From Myxococcales bacterium (GTDB lineage: Bacteria; Myxococcota_A; Polyangia; Polyangiales; JAFGIB01), in NCBI GenBank assembly GCA_029880325.1, contig JAOUOP010000018.1, positions 58,055-122,054 of the forward strand: 64,000 bases of DNA. The letters are read 5' to 3'. A program made the translations under genes and the position numbers. This document shows positions 1 to 9,859 of this stretch, piece by piece; the stretch's first letter is position 1, and each line of letters opens with the position of its first letter. The notes beneath the pieces are model-generated. The model saw only the letters and a list, made by a program, of their open reading frames with translations. It did no database searches and was not told the DNA's origin.

Positions 1-3000
1 TGGCGACGCTCTGGGCTTCGCTGGCACACGTGGCCGAGCAGCCGTCGCCATCCCAATTATTGCCGTCGTCACAGGCTTCGCTCGGATAGCCCGGATCGGC
101 GCGGTCGAGGCGACCATCGCCGCATCGCGCCGACAACTGGCAGCTACCGCCCTCGCACCACGAAGCGCCGGTCTGGCAGGCCAGGTGGTGATAGGCGATG
201 GGCTGGCAGCTCGGCGGGATCGCGACGCTGGCGATGGGCGCACCGAGCCAGGCGTAGGCCGATTCGCTGCCATCGGCCCGCGCGCCGATGAAGAGGTCAG
301 CGACCGGCCATGCAAAGGGCGCACCCGTGCCGAGCGCCGCTGCCGTGGCGTTCCGAAGCTCCAGCGTTCCGGCAGCCGCATTCACCTTCGCGGTCAGCGT
401 TTCGCCGCGCGCGAAGTCCAACGCGCCGCTGCGTATCGTCGTCGCTCCGGCGCGCAGCACCGCTCGCACGCCGCTGCCGTCGCTCTCGATGGAGAGCCGA
501 TTGTCCCGCCCCTGGAACTCCAGCAGCGTAAACGATTGGATCACGCCGCCCAGGTCGGAGCTGGCGTACAGCGGCTCGAACGGCACCTCGAAGCTGCCGT
601 CGAGCGTTCCGGTGCCATCGAAGATCCAGGCCGGCAGCTCGGCGACCGCAAGGCGCGACACCTCGGCCGCGCGAAGACCACCATCCGATGGGTGAATGTA
701 CGAAGTGGGAAACGACCCGGCTTCCAGCTGGGGCATGGCGAAGTCGAGTTCGTAGCCGGGCGGCGCCAGGGCATCGCTTCCCCAGGCGTCGAGCGAGAGA
801 TGCGCGTCGACCGGTCCGACCTGCGGCGAGGCCACGCTGACCGCATGCCGGGTCCAGACGTCCGATGGCGGCGCGCCCTGCACAGCATCGGTGAAGCCCG
901 GCAAGTCGGCCTCCACGCGGACGTCATCGATCTGAATGTGATCGAAAAGCGACCTGACCCGCGTGACGAAGCGCACCTGAAAGTCGCTCACACCCGAGTA
1001 GGGGGTCAGGTCGAGCATTTCCGCATGCCACAGGTCGTCGTTGCCGTTGCCCTGGTACCACCGGAAGACCTCGAACCAGCCCGCGCCATTCCACACCTCA
1101 CAAATGAGGTAGTCATCGAACCCGATGCCGGCATCGATGAAGCGCAAGAAGTGGAGCCTGGCACCCGCGTAGCTGGTGAGATCCAGGGAGCCGCCCCAGG
1201 TCAGCGTGCAGCTGCTGTCGCAGTTATCCACGTGCGCGGCCATCTTTCCGCTGGCGCCCTCGGTGGGATAGCCGGCGGTGGTGCGCAGGGACTCGGTATT
1301 CCAATCCCCCTCGCCGCTCTCCAGCCACTGTGCCCCCAAGCCCGCCTCGAACTCATCGAGGAATACGTCGGCCGCCGTCGAAGCGCCGCCCGGCACCCGC
1401 AGGACCAGCGCGGCATCCTGGGCCGTACCTGCGGAAGCGGGGTCCTTGCGCAGCCAGGCGGCGAGGGTGAGCGCTGCGCCGGCCGGCTCGGACAGGCGCT
1501 GCTGCAGAAAATGATCGACACCGAAACCGCCCGAACTCACCCTGGCGCCGAAGAGGGCATCGGGGTTGTCCACGCTCCAGGCCGTGGAAACCAGATTGCT
1601 CGCGCTGGCGTTGGACGCGGGCCAGGCCGCCAGGTTGGCCGAATCGACGAGCTGGTTTCGGCTTGCCCCCTCGTAGAGGTGACGCGCGGCGCTGCCGCTG
1701 CCGATGACCCGAAGCTCGTCGGGCCCCACCTGCAACACCGTCGAGGCCGTTCCGTCAGAGGAGACATAGGTGGCTCCGGAAGCCCGGCGGTGCTCGGCGC
1801 GCTCCAGCGGTAAGCGCTCCAGCTTTGCGGTGGCCGCGCTCAGGCAGACGGGATCGATGTAGTCGCATTCGTCGCACGAACCGCAGGCCGGGTCGCCACA
1901 TGCGGCGCCCTCGCAGGCGGCGGGCCAACACAGATCGCTGCTGGAGCGAATGCCGAAACCTCTGGCATTATCGCGGCCACAGGCACCGGAGTCACAATCG
2001 GCGTCGTTGCGACACGGCGAGTAGTCAGGGCAAGGGCAGGCCGCGCTGCACTCGACCTCGGCCGCACAGTCGACGGGACAGGCGCCACAGGGCCCGCCGC
2101 AATCGACCGCGCTCTCGCCGGGGCTCAGCAGCCCGTCCTCGCAGCTCTCGGGCCAGCAAACCGCCGTGATCATGCCGGCCGCCCCACCCGTCAGGTAGCG
2201 ACCGGCCCTGTCGCGACAGACCAGACCCCGCAAGCAATCCGCATCGGAAGTACAGCCGCCCTCGCCCAGATCACACGGGCAGCCGGGCGTGCAAAAATCG
2301 GCCCTGGGAGCGCTCGGGTCGAACTCACCACACGCCACACAGCTGCTCTCGCGGTCGTACTGGCCATGGGCTTCGAAGTGAAACGCCACATTCAACGCCT
2401 GGTTGGGCGCGATGTGGGAGCCTTCCACCACCAGCCGCAGACGCTCGATGAGGCTCTGCGCAGGGTCGACGCCGAGAAGTGGGCTCGCCGTCGTCACAAA
2501 CGCGCTCACCGTCTGCTGTGCGTCTCCCGGCGCGTGGATCACGGTCAGCGTCAGGGGCGGAGACGAGGCGCTGGAAGCTTGCACCAGACAGTCGATGAAC
2601 GACCGAAAATCGGTATTGGCAGCGTCGTAGTCGCGAAAACCACGCTCGCCGAGCAGGAAATCCCCCGTGCTCGCCGTGCTGAAGACCCCGGGGCACAGCG
2701 AGCTCGATAGCTCGAAGCGCAGCGGAGACGTGGCTGCCGCGGTCACGCTGGGCACCGGCGAGAAGTCCACCCGGCCCAGTAGGCGCTCCGCACAGCGGGG
2801 GCAGCGGCCCGCCTCGATGCAGTCGGAATCCGCGCAGTCGCTCAGCCCATCCAGGTCTTCGTCGACACCATCCTCACAGGCCAGCTCGAAACAGGGAGCG
2901 CACGCGCCGCCGCAGTCGACCCCGCTCTCGCCCGCATCGATCTGGGCATTACTGCAGGCGTCGGCGCAATAGCCCCAGGTGCAAGCCTGGCCCTCGGCGC

Positions 3001-4279
3001 AGCCGCAGTTGAGTTGGCCGCCGCAGCCATCGGGAAACAGGCCGCACTGGCCGCCGTAGTCGCCCGAACAGGACTTGCCCGTGGCGCACAGGCAGAGATT
3101 GTCCAGGCAAATGTCTCCGAGGTTGCAATCCCCGTCGACCAGACACGCGACGCATTTCGACGCACCGTCGCACACTCCAGCGCTGCATGGCGTGCCCGCC
3201 GCCAGGGGACTGGCGACGCAGCCAGCGATGGGATCGCAGCTGTCGGCGCTGCATTCCCGGCCGTCATCGCAGAGCGCATCGTCGGGGGTATGAACCGCCT
3301 GGTCGCTGGCGGCGTCACAGCTGTCCACCGTGCAGGCGATGCCGTCGTCCACCGCGGGCGCCCCCACCGCGCAGCCGCCGCCGCCATCGCAATACTCCGC
3401 GCCGTTGCATAGGACGCCATCGTCGCAACTGAGCGACGTATAGACGCAGCCGCTCGCCAGCGTGTCGCACTGATCGATTGTGCATGGGTCGCCATCGTCG
3501 CAATCGCCGTCAACCGTGCAGGAGCGGCAGATGCCCTTGCCGTCACACAGACCGCCCGGACAACTACTGCCGGCGAGCGCGTTGGCCACCACGCACTGGG
3601 AAGCCTGACAGCTCACCGTTTGGCACTCCGATGCCGGGGCCGTGCAGTCCGAATCCAGGTTGCAGCCGTAGAGACTCGCCTGGATCACGACGTCGTCCAG
3701 CTCCAGCACCCTTCCGGGCGCGCCCGAGCGCGCCACGAAACGCAGGCGCAGGTCCGCCACCAGGTAGGCCGCCAGGTCGAACTCGACCGCCCGCCAGGTG
3801 TCATCGTCCCCATCGCCATCGGACCACAGCCCCAGCGTGTGCCAGCCGTCCGCATCGCCCACGTCGACGCGCAGGTAGTCGCCGCTCCACAGCGAGCTGT
3901 CGACAAAGCGCTGGAAGCTCAGGGTCGCGCCCGCATAGGGGCTGAGGTCGAGCGGGTTGGCCAACTCGAGGATGCAGCCGGCGCCGCAATCCTCGGCATG
4001 GACCACCGGATCGCCACTTCCCGAGGCCGGGTAGGTCGCCGCGTCGTGCGCAGCTGTGGTCGTCCACAGGCCCTGACCAGACTGGCTAAATCCAGCCAGC
4101 CCTTGGCCAAAATCGTCTCCCACCACGGTCTGCAGAGCGACCGACTGCACCACCACCTGGGGGTCTGGCGCCTGCTTCGAGCATCCGAAGGCCACAGATA
4201 GCGCCACCAGGGCGCAAAAGATCCCCTTTGACCGCAGGGCTCGACGCTCCCGGTATGCCAGCGCAGGCCCGATGCCCAT
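1..4279 (-). CDS. Very large secreted lipoprotein (partial; C-terminal end runs off the left edge). It has two related beta-sandwich domains, Cys-rich repeats, a LamG-like domain and a Myxococcus-type cysteine-rich repeat.
   Basis: Absent from the ORF track because it has no stop in the window. My translation of the minus strand from the ATG at 4279 gives MGIGPALAYRERRALRSKGIFCALVALSVAFGC (lipobox). Repeats such as DGDPCTIDQCD and DGIACTVDSCD lie around 3200-3600, CWPAACEGAACGDPACGSCDECDY at about 1860-1930, and CGDGRLD..ACDDGNNWDGDGCSATC at 1-130. The frame was checked at 4279, 1930 and 58. No complete ORF is listed in this frame, so it stays open throughout. Confidence 0.8.
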   Translation of the reverse strand, partial: MGIGPALAYRERRALRSKGIFCALVALSVAFGCSKQAPDPQVVVQSVALQTVVGDDFGQGLAGFSQSGQGLWTTTAAHDAATYPASGSGDPVVHAEDCGAGCILELANPLDLSPYAGATLSFQRFVDSSLWSGDYLRVDVGDADGWHTLGLWSDGDGDDDTWRAVEFDLAAYLVADLRLRFVARSGAPGRVLELDDVVIQASLYGCNLDSDCTAPASECQTVSCQASQCVVANALAGSSCPGGLCDGKGICRSCTVDGDCDDGDPCTIDQCDTLASGCVYTSLSCDDGVLCNGAEYCDGGGGCAVGAPAVDDGIACTVDSCDAASDQAVHTPDDALCDDGRECSADSCDPIAGCVASPLAAGTPCSAGVCDGASKCVACLVDGDCNLGDICLDNLCLCATGKSCSGDYGGQCGLFPDGCGGQLNCGCAEGQACTWGYCADACSNAQIDAGESGVDCGGACAPCFELACEDGVDEDLDGLSDCADSDCIEAGRCPRCAERLLGRVDFSPVPSVTAAATSPLRFELSSSLCPGVFSTASTGDFLLGERGFRDYDAANTDFRSFIDCLVQASSASSPPLTLTVIHAPGDAQQTVSAFVTTASPLLGVDPAQSLIERLRLVVEGSHIAPNQALNVAFHFEAHGQYDRESSCVACGEFDPSAPRADFCTPGCPCDLGEGGCTSDADCLRGLVCRDRAGRYLTGGAAGMITAVCWPESCEDGLLSPGESAVDCGGPCGACPVDCAAEVECSAACPCPDYSPCRNDADCDSGACGRDNARGFGIRSSSDLCWPAACEGAACGDPACGSCDECDYIDPVCLSAATAKLERLPLERAEHRRASGATYVSSDGTASTVLQVGPDELRVIGSGSAARHLYEGASRNQLVDSANLAAWPASNASASNLVSTAWSVDNPDALFGARVSSGGFGVDHFLQQRLSEPAGAALTLAAWLRKDPASAGTAQDAALVLRVPGGASTAADVFLDEFEAGLGAQWLESGEGDWNTESLRTTAGYPTEGASGKMAAHVDNCDSSCTLTWGGSLDLTSYAGARLHFLRFIDAGIGFDDYLICEVWNGAGWFEVFRWYQGNGNDDLWHAEMLDLTPYSGVSDFQVRFVTRVRSLFDHIQIDDVRVEADLPGFTDAVQGAPPSDVWTRHAVSVASPQVGPVDAHLSLDAWGSDALAPPGYELDFAMPQLEAGSFPTSYIHPSDGGLRAAEVSRLAVAELPAWIFDGTGTLDGSFEVPFEPLYASSDLGGVIQSFTLLEFQGRDNRLSIESDGSGVRAVLRAGATTIRSGALDFARGETLTAKVNAAAGTLELRNATAAALGTGAPFAWPVADLFIGARADGSESAYAWLGAPIASVAIPPSCQPIAYHHLACQTGASWCEGGSCQLSARCGDGRLDRADPGYPSEACDDGNNWDGDGCSATCASEAQSVA

Positions 4280-4356
4280 GATGGTGCTGTGTAGCGGCTC
4301 GTGGCCGCGGGGAGAACTGCGACCATCGTCGCAGGGGGGGCATGCGAGAGGCAGTA

Positions 4357-5103
4357 CTACTGCGACAGCTCAACTTGAAGTTCGAAACGCCCCACCCCCC
4401 GCTGCGCCGGCGGCTGCGCACTGCTGGCTACGATCGACAGCGCCTCACCGGCTGCCACCGCGATTTCAGCAATGCGCGCGCTGTCGCTTTTGCGGCCATC
4501 AAAGTCCCCATCGTCGCTGGCCGCGAGGCAGCCAAAGGGCAGTCGCTGGTGCTCGTGGCCCGCGGGATAGACCACGAGCAGCGGATCGGCGAGCGCGTCG
4601 GAGGACGGCTCGAGCATATCGGCGCCGCGCAAGATTAGCTCCAAGCGTCGCTCCCTCGGCGCCGCGCAAAGCCGGTAGCCACGGTAGGCCACCTCCACGT
4701 CGAGGACGGCTGTCGCCGGACACGCTGCGGGCACCTGGATCGGGAGCCAACGGGGCGACGCCTGCGTTAGCTGGCCGGTCACCACGCGCTGGCCCTCGCT
4801 GACCTCGAGACAATCGTCGAGGCGCCCGGTGGCCTGCCCGCCATCCTCGTCTTCATTCTCCAGGTCGCCACTGGCATCGACCGCTCCCGCTGCATCTGGC
4901 AGGCCACCGTCGCGTGCATTACCCGCGAGCGGGGCCGCAGCGTCTGGACCCTCGGTCGCCGAGTCCGAGGAAGCATCCGTAAGGTTGGGCCGCAATCGCC
5001 CGGCATCGACGAAGACCGTCTGCAACTCGACGGACTCGGGCACCGCGGAGCAGCCGCCCCCAGTTGCGAGCATCAATGGGATCAATGCGTAGAAACCGCG
5101 CAT
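4357..5103 (-). CDS. Secreted lipoprotein with a pre-peptidase C-terminal (PPC)-like tail
   Basis: ORF track 4357..5130. The likely start is MRGFYALIPLMLATGGGC (signal peptide plus lipobox) at 5103. An acidic low-complexity linker follows. The C-terminal part reads ..SDDGDFDGRKSDSARI..GRFELQVEL. Confidence 0.7.
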   Translation of the reverse strand: MRGFYALIPLMLATGGGCSAVPESVELQTVFVDAGRLRPNLTDASSDSATEGPDAAAPLAGNARDGGLPDAAGAVDASGDLENEDEDGGQATGRLDDCLEVSEGQRVVTGQLTQASPRWLPIQVPAACPATAVLDVEVAYRGYRLCAAPRERRLELILRGADMLEPSSDALADPLLVVYPAGHEHQRLPFGCLAASDDGDFDGRKSDSARIAEIAVAAGEALSIVASSAQPPAQRGVGRFELQVELSQ

Positions 5104-5277
5104 CGAGGCCGGCCGACTGTTCGAGACCAAGACCGGGCTGTTCTACGGTCCCGGCCGCGAGCGGGCAACGCCGGATCAAAAAATGATCCGAGCCGCCTCA
5201 ACCAGAAGCATTGGGGGATGCGAAAATTCTTGCATCCGGGATAGTCGGGCGGCGGCGCAAAGCGAAAGGGTCGCATC

Positions 5278-6873
5278 ATGGTGGGTCACGCGACGAGAGA
5301 TTTGGACGTGGCGCCCGGCAATACGCACCGGGCGGCGGCAGCGCTTTTGGTCATTTTTTGGTGTACGTTGCTCGGCTGCGCGGACGAAAGCACGGCCAAT
5401 GGCGACGGGCCAGCGCTTCCGAGCCCTGTGGTCACCAACGGCGCGGGTGCGTCCACGACGGATGCGCCGGCGAACGCAGCGGCAGCGAACGGCAGCGAGG
5501 TGCCGATGACCGCCGATGGCGCGGGTCAAGCCGGCAGCGGCGCCGCTGGAGCCGACGGCAGCGATAGCGCGAGCGAGACCGCGGCTGGCGATGACGCCGC
5601 CACCGATGCCGCCGCCACCGCCGATCCGCCCGCGAGCTGTGCCGACGCGGCTCTGGCCTATCAGCTGGAGACGACGCCGCTGGACTCCTCGTTTGCGCCA
5701 GCGGCCCCAGCGCAGGTCTGGAGCGGCGAAGTCGCCCACACCCCCGTCGCGGTCGCAGCCGACGGAACGGTCTACGTGGGCTTCAATGTCGCAGGTGGGG
5801 GCGCCATGATCGTGCGCTCGGACGCCCCGGCCGGCGGGGGCTTTTCGCTCCCCGACGCCGCCATGGGCGCCCTGGCAGCCACCGCCGACGGCGTGGCCGC
5901 CCTGCTCTTCGACCCAAACCCCACCGTGGACTCGCGCACCTGGGCCACGGTCGTGCGTCTCGGCAGCGACGGCAGCCCAGTCTTCCAGAGCGACCTCTTC
6001 CGCTCGCCGAACCTGGACGACGTCGACACCAAGGGCGGCGCCGCCTCGGGCGTGCTCGCTTACATCGCAGAGACCGACACGCTGGTGCCCTACTTGGGTC
6101 ACACCCAGCGCTACGACGACGGCGTGCGGCACCAGGGCGGCTATCTTGCGACCATCGACGCCAGCGGAAACCAGAGCGTCATCAGCGGCTGGTTTGGCAG
6201 CCACAACCTGTCCCAGCGCATTCTCGTCGACGGTGCGCGCGTGGTCACTTTGGGTCTGGGCGACGCCTTTCCCAAGGGCATCTTCCTGAACTACGCCGAG
6301 GGCGCACGCCTTCAACCCCAGGTCATCTATCGCCTGGCGGCCGATGGCGTGGGCAGCGCCAACGCCAAGCTCGGCGGCATGGTCGACCTGGGCAGCGACA
6401 TCGCCCTGCCCTTCATCACCAACCTCTCCATCTCCCAGGACCTGGACGCCGGCGCCTGGCCCAATACCGACGAGGCCATCTCCATGCAGATCCGCGATGC
6501 CGCGGCCAACGGCACCGATCTGGGGCTTCTGCTGGCCCCCAAGGGCGCGACGCCGGGTGCCGAGCTCGCGCCCAGCTGGATCGACCTGACGCCGAGCCCC
6601 GGAGCGCGCCTATCGCGGCTGCGCTCGGCGCCCTACGGCGCGGACATGATCCTGCTGGGCTGGGCCGAGCTCACGGGCAGCGAGTGGAACCCAACCGCCA
6701 CCTTCTTCACCATGGTCGTCGACAGCAGTGGCGCCATTTGCCAGCCGGCCACGCAGCTGCCGGCGGGCCACGGCTGGGCCTCGGGCGACGACATCAAGGC
6801 GCTCCCGGACGGCAGCATCACCTGGGCCAATGCCGAGGGCGGCGGTATTCAGCTGGTGCGCCTGGTGCCATAG
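5278..6873 (+). CDS. Secreted lipoprotein, function unknown
   Basis: 531-aa ORF. N-terminus ..AAALLVIFWCTLLGCADES (lipobox LLGC), then an Ala/Gly/Asp-rich linker and a long globular part. Coding-like composition, unlike the antisense ORF 5176..6315. Confidence 0.75.
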   Translation: MVGHATRDLDVAPGNTHRAAAALLVIFWCTLLGCADESTANGDGPALPSPVVTNGAGASTTDAPANAAAANGSEVPMTADGAGQAGSGAAGADGSDSASETAAGDDAATDAAATADPPASCADAALAYQLETTPLDSSFAPAAPAQVWSGEVAHTPVAVAADGTVYVGFNVAGGGAMIVRSDAPAGGGFSLPDAAMGALAATADGVAALLFDPNPTVDSRTWATVVRLGSDGSPVFQSDLFRSPNLDDVDTKGGAASGVLAYIAETDTLVPYLGHTQRYDDGVRHQGGYLATIDASGNQSVISGWFGSHNLSQRILVDGARVVTLGLGDAFPKGIFLNYAEGARLQPQVIYRLAADGVGSANAKLGGMVDLGSDIALPFITNLSISQDLDAGAWPNTDEAISMQIRDAAANGTDLGLLLAPKGATPGAELAPSWIDLTPSPGARLSRLRSAPYGADMILLGWAELTGSEWNPTATFFTMVVDSSGAICQPATQLPAGHGWASGDDIKALPDGSITWANAEGGGIQLVRLVP

Positions 6874-7101
6874 GCGCATCTGGCGTCACGCTGCGACGCG
6901 ACTGGCAGTGGCCTCGATGTAGCTCTCGGCACTGCAGCCGCCAGATCCCCTGACACACGCGAGCCGCCTGCACGGTACGATGTGCGAGGGCACAACGGTG
7001 AATACGCTCGCCATCGATGGCGCCCCCCGCCGAGCAGCGCGATGGCACGCCAGGTGGAAGCTCGCTTTCAAGGTAATGTCGATTGCGCGGCGCCTCGGGC
7101 T

Positions 7102-7669
7102 TCACAAGCCCGCGTCGTTGTCGCTTCCTGGGCCCGCTTCCGGCTCGACCGCCTGACAGCGCCCTTCTACGCACACCAACGACGGTGCAAGGGCACAACG
7201 GTAGGCACAGGGTTGCCCCCAATGGAACCGCCACCGCCAACCGCCCGGCCTCGTCTGCGTGCGACACATTGATTGCCACATAGCACCCGAGCGGGCAGCC
7301 CGGCATGATCGGCACGCAGTCGGACACCTTCTGGCAGCTGGCGTGGTCCGCGACGAGCTCTTCGAATGCTGCGACATCGCCCGACGCCGCCCCCGAGACG
7401 CCCGGCTCACCACCACTGGCCTGCGCGCTCCGGACGCAGATGCCCTCCCCACAGCGCGCATCCCGCCCCAGCGAACGCTTGCAGTCCCCATCGCCGTCGC
7501 ACTCCGCGGCGCAGATCGCAGCCACCTCTTCGCCCTCCTGCGCCCCACAGCTCGACTGTAACGCAGCATCATCAACGCTGACGCAGCTGGCGCACGATGG
7601 CGTCGACCAAATGCCGCGTGTCCATGCTTCGAGTCCGCCAGCGGTACAAGCCCCCCGCCAGGCGAACAA
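7102..7669 (-). CDS. Cysteine-rich hypothetical protein. The reading frame appears to switch at a C5 run (7216-7220), so this is a possible frameshift or pseudogene.
   Basis: ORF 6818..7669 looks protein-like only up to ..AINVSHADEAGRLAVAVPLG and then becomes Arg-rich nonsense. ORF 7102..7677 looks protein-like only at its end (GQPCAYRCALAPSLVCVEGRCQAVEPEAGPGSDNDAGL). No signal peptide was seen. Confidence 0.4.
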
Positions 7670-7691
7670 AAGGGCACGGGCCGGCCCTCGG

Positions 7692-9842
7692 CTACCGCAG
7701 GATTTCGCGCAGCTCCGCCACCAACAGCCGCCGGTAGAGCCGATCCACCAGGTGCTCGGGCTCGGCCAGGCCCATGCGCTCCAGATAGGGGCGCACGTCG
7801 TCGCCCACCGAGCCCTCGACCACGGCCTCGGCCAGCACCTCCACGGCGCCGCGCACTGACTCGATCTTGGCCTTCAGGGCCTTGAGCGCGCGGCCCAGGA
7901 CGATTTCGTCGTCGGTCAGGTCGGTGCCGAATGGAAACGCTGGAAATAGGCCTTCTTTTTTGGCCTCGCGCAGCACCGCTTCGTAACCCTCGGGCAGGTT
8001 ATTTCCGTGCACGGGCGCGATGCGATGGGCCGGATCGAGCTTGCCGCTCTCCACCGCCTCCTGCTGCAGCTCCCGCTGAAAACGCCCGTCGCTGACCTCG
8101 AGCAGGCGCTCGATGATCTCCTGATCGGTCTTGCCCCGCAGGTCGGCGATGCCGTACTCGGTCACCACCAGATCCCGCTGGTGGCGCGCGATGGTCGTAT
8201 GCCCATAGCGGCTGACCACGTTGGACTGAAGCTCGCCGTGGCTCATGCGCGTGCTGCGCACCTGCAGGACCGAGTGCCCATCGGGCAGGGCGTGGGCCAT
8301 GGCCACGAAGTTATATTGGCCGCCAACTCCGCTGACCACGCCGCCGTCGGCCAGACCGTCGGAGACGACAGCGCCCGAGAGGGTGACCATCATGGCGGTG
8401 TTGATGAAGCGCGCGTCGCGACGGTGCAGGCGGTCGAGCTGCTCGTGGCCGTAGAGCTGGTTGATCCTGAGCACGCTGCGCATGTCGATGCGGCGGCGCT
8501 CGGCCTCGGGCATGTCGCGAAGCCACTGGTAGAAGACCTCGGGCCCCAGGAAAAAACCCGCATGCACGATGACGCCGCCAGCGAGTTCTTCGCCCAGTCC
8601 CGAGCGCTCCAGGGCCGCCCGCGTCGCCGCCTGACCAAGGTCGGCCAGAACGCGACTTCCGTCAGGCAACAAAAGCTCGCCATCTTCGAGCTGCACGCCG
8701 GCCTCGAACAAACCCCAGCGCTTCAAGTAGTCCAAATCGCGCCCGTCGAGCAGGCTGCCGATGGCGCGCACCTGCACCAGCGCATCGAGACTGTGCAGGG
8801 AGACCTTCTCGTCGATCAAGTCGGCGTTCAGCAGACGCTGCAGCGGCAGGTCGTCGTAGACCCGGCGCTTGACGATGCCGGCTTCGATCAGGTGCATGAA
8901 GCCGTCGACCAACATCTCGGTGGCCGCAAACAGCCCCTGCTCGAAGGGTCGCGTGTCGCCGATGCGCTCGATCACGTCGCCGAAGCGCTGCAAGATCCCG
9001 AGCTGCTCGAGCAGCTTCACGTAGCGGGCGTTGTCGCGCTGGCGCAACAGCAGCGCATAGACCAGCGCGTCGCCCAGGGAACCGATGCCGATCTGTAGCT
9101 CACCCCCGTCCTTGACCAACGTGCTGGCGTAGAGCCCGATCATGAATTCGGCATCGGTGACCGAGGTCTTGGGCGTGCCGAAGAGCCGATGGTACTGGGC
9201 CGGCTGATCGACCACGAAGTCGAAGGTCTCGGGCTCGACCACCGCCTCGCCGAACATAAAGGGCAACTCTTGGTTGACCTGCCCGACCACCGCAAACTCA
9301 CCACCGCGCTCGCGCAGGGCGGCCACCAGGTCCACCGAGACGTCCGGATTGGAACTCAGGCTGTAGCGCGTGGCGCCGTCGACCTCGGCGCGGCAAATCT
9401 CCTGGGCCAGCACATTGACCCCGCGGTCGAGTAGGTCGCGCGCCACGTAGGTGTAGTTGGTGCTGATGTAGTCGCGCTGGGCGGCGTGATTGCCCAGGTA
9501 TTTGCCGGCATAAAAGTAGAACTCCATCACCCGCACGTTGTCGGGCAAGCGGCCCTCGACGCGGTCGCGCTCGTAAATGGGATCGGGATGGTCGCCGAAG
9601 ACGCGCTCGACAAAGGGACCGAGAAAGCGGCGCTCCAGGTCGCTCTGGCCCAGCGGACGCTCCAGGGTCAGGGCCGTGAGGATGTGCAGGTCGATGCTGG
9701 GATCGGCCTGGGCCCGGCGATAGAGGGCATTTACCAGGTGGTTGGGCTTGCCGATACCCAGGGGTACGGCCAGTCGAATGCGCCGCCCCACGCGCGCTAG
9801 AATGCGGTCTACGCAGTGTTCGACGTCATCGAGTCGTTCCAT
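7692..9842 (-). CDS. Acetyl-CoA hydrolase/transferase family protein (long form)
   Basis: 716 aa. N-terminal ..RLAVPLGIGKPNHLVNALY.. and C-terminal ..SGVGGQYNFVAMAHALPDGHSVLQVRSTR.. are typical of the acetyl-CoA hydrolase/transferase C-terminal domain family. Confidence 0.8.
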   Translation of the reverse strand: MERLDDVEHCVDRILARVGRRIRLAVPLGIGKPNHLVNALYRRAQADPSIDLHILTALTLERPLGQSDLERRFLGPFVERVFGDHPDPIYERDRVEGRLPDNVRVMEFYFYAGKYLGNHAAQRDYISTNYTYVARDLLDRGVNVLAQEICRAEVDGATRYSLSSNPDVSVDLVAALRERGGEFAVVGQVNQELPFMFGEAVVEPETFDFVVDQPAQYHRLFGTPKTSVTDAEFMIGLYASTLVKDGGELQIGIGSLGDALVYALLLRQRDNARYVKLLEQLGILQRFGDVIERIGDTRPFEQGLFAATEMLVDGFMHLIEAGIVKRRVYDDLPLQRLLNADLIDEKVSLHSLDALVQVRAIGSLLDGRDLDYLKRWGLFEAGVQLEDGELLLPDGSRVLADLGQAATRAALERSGLGEELAGGVIVHAGFFLGPEVFYQWLRDMPEAERRRIDMRSVLRINQLYGHEQLDRLHRRDARFINTAMMVTLSGAVVSDGLADGGVVSGVGGQYNFVAMAHALPDGHSVLQVRSTRMSHGELQSNVVSRYGHTTIARHQRDLVVTEYGIADLRGKTDQEIIERLLEVSDGRFQRELQQEAVESGKLDPAHRIAPVHGNNLPEGYEAVLREAKKEGLFPAFPFGTDLTDDEIVLGRALKALKAKIESVRGAVEVLAEAVVEGSVGDDVRPYLERMGLAEPEHLVDRLYRRLLVAELREILR

Positions 9843-9859
9843 GGCCCTGCCCTATCCTC

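Noticed and set aside
185-1813. Long plus-strand ORF (542 aa). Similar long ORFs are 5176..6315(-), 8007..9098(+), 12670..14094(-), 21734..23116(-), 35367..37424(+), 54960..56249(-) and 58641..60257(-).
   Set aside because: They are shadow ORFs typical of high-GC DNA. They have Arg/Gly/Ala/Pro-dominated composition and no recognisable motifs. Each lies antisense to, or out of frame with, a gene that has clear family signatures.
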